Shown piece after piece: positions 62,971 to 64,000 of a DNA stretch of 64,000 nt (position 1 is the stretch's first letter; every line of letters starts with the position of its first letter). Source of the stretch: Aplysia californica (Eukaryota). The stretch covers positions 25,681 to 89,680 of the forward strand of contig NW_004797508.1 of the NCBI RefSeq assembly GCF_000002075.1, given 5' to 3'. The notes under the pieces are model-generated. The model saw only the letters and a list, made by a program, of their open reading frames with translations, was not told where the DNA came from and searched no databases. The position numbers were made by a program, and so were the translations under genes.

Positions 62971-64000
62971 TATGAATTTTTACTTTTTAATTTCGAGCTC
63001 AAAGGCCCCGGCTTCGAAGAAACACTCTGACTCCTCCTTGCGGGGGAGGCAGAGTGTTTAATTTCTAGGTTGCCGTCCTGGATTGGAAGGCGGTCTAGTG
63101 GGGGATTTGGAGGAGTGACAGACTCCGCCCCTCCCGGGGTCAGGTCCGGGAGGGGGGTCGGAGCTGTCTTCCTCCATAGGCAGGGGTTTGTCTGCTGGAG
63201 GGGTAGGGGGAGGTGGAGCAGACCGAGGGGGCTGGGAAGGGGGGGGAGGGGGCTGGGGGGAGGGGAGAAGGCCCACCTCACACCCCATCAGAGGGATGGG
63301 CTGCGAGGTGGAAGAAGAAGAAGAAGAAGAAATGATAGAAGAGGGGTGAGGGGAAGAAGAGGGTGTGGAGGAAGAGTCCTCCCCGTCCTCCCCTTGAACC
63401 CCATAGCGGTTAGAGAGTGGCACCTCAAAGGGGGTTGCCACAGGGATAGTAGTGGGCCTTTTGTTCTTAGTAATCTTAGGCACAAAGATTTGCCTGTTGA
63501 CCACGGGCTTTGGGAGGTCGGTAGTAGAATTACTTGCTGACCTCGTGACCATCTGGGCTGCCTTTGAATACGACCGGCCAATGACTGGGGTTGTGATTGG
63601 CGGGCAGACAACCTTACGGGCCTCCTGGAAGGAGCAGCCATTTCACGCCTTGTATTGCTGGATGGCGCGTTCTTGGAGCCAAGTCGGGCACTCCTTGCTG
63701 AAAGCTGTGTGCTGGCTGTGGCAATTTGGGCAACAAGGACTAGCCTTGCATTCCTTCTCAGGATGCCCGGTCTTGCCACAACGAGGACACACGGCTGCGT
63801 GCCGGCACCGTGACTGGCTATGGCCGAACTTCTGACACTTGAAACAGCGCAGAGGGTTCGGCACATAGGGTCGTACGTCGAGTACCAAGTAAGATGCCCA
63901 AACGGTGGCTGGAGGGCGACAGTGAGGACGATCGTGTTCGTTTCAATAGTAGTCTCCCCCCGCCGAAGAGTAATCCGGCGGGCTTCGACCACTCCCTCAC
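62970..64000 (-). pseudogene. LINE ORF1 (gag-like), disrupted
   Basis: VRPYVPNPLRCFKCQKFGHSQSRC, CPRCGKTGHPEKEC and CPNCHSQHTAFSKECP are present. There is a stop at 63643, a frameshift near 63900 and another in the Pro-rich tail. Confidence 0.85.

Larger units (their letters stand above)
61326..64000 (-). mobile_element. I/Nimb-type non-LTR retrotransposon with RT domain deleted; runs off the window end
   Basis: It has an ORF1 remnant with three zinc knuckles and an ORF2 with AP endonuclease, RNase H and a C-terminal zinc finger. The 3' tail is GCGCTCATATGACCTTAGCAGTTGCGAGCGCCGTAAAACCCTATACTAC. Confidence 0.9.

Overview
Eukaryotic, repeat-rich invertebrate genomic DNA. It is probably a gastropod mollusc, inferred only from the repeat types and gene style. 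Two spliced genes converge tail to tail. (1) A complete UDP-glucose:glycoprotein glucosyltransferase (UGGT) gene lies on the minus strand. I traced 41 coding exons by hand from the ATG at 61277 to a TGA at 20521 (4575 nt, about 1524 aa, ending in KEEL). (2) The 3' part of a DUF1647-family gene lies on the plus strand (6 exons, 733-14492). The introns hold a ~210-bp satellite with higher-order structure, split by a dead Tc1 transposon, and a ~165-bp tandem array. They also hold several MITEs, three tRNA-headed SINE families, RTE and Ingi-like LINE fragments, and an I/Nimb-type LINE. The most unusual items are as follows. First, a U2 snRNA 5' end (47 nt) with a correctly spaced PSE-like promoter is fused to a non-U2 structured sequence. 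Second, a minimal hammerhead ribozyme sits at the edge of the satellite. Third, the LINE ORF2 has its endonuclease fused in frame to RNase H with the reverse transcriptase missing. Fourth, a ~180-bp TSD-flanked non-tRNA retroelement carries that LINE's 3' tail and occurs about 13 times in the UGGT transcription unit, always in the same orientation. All coordinates were read by eye, and repeat boundaries are approximate.
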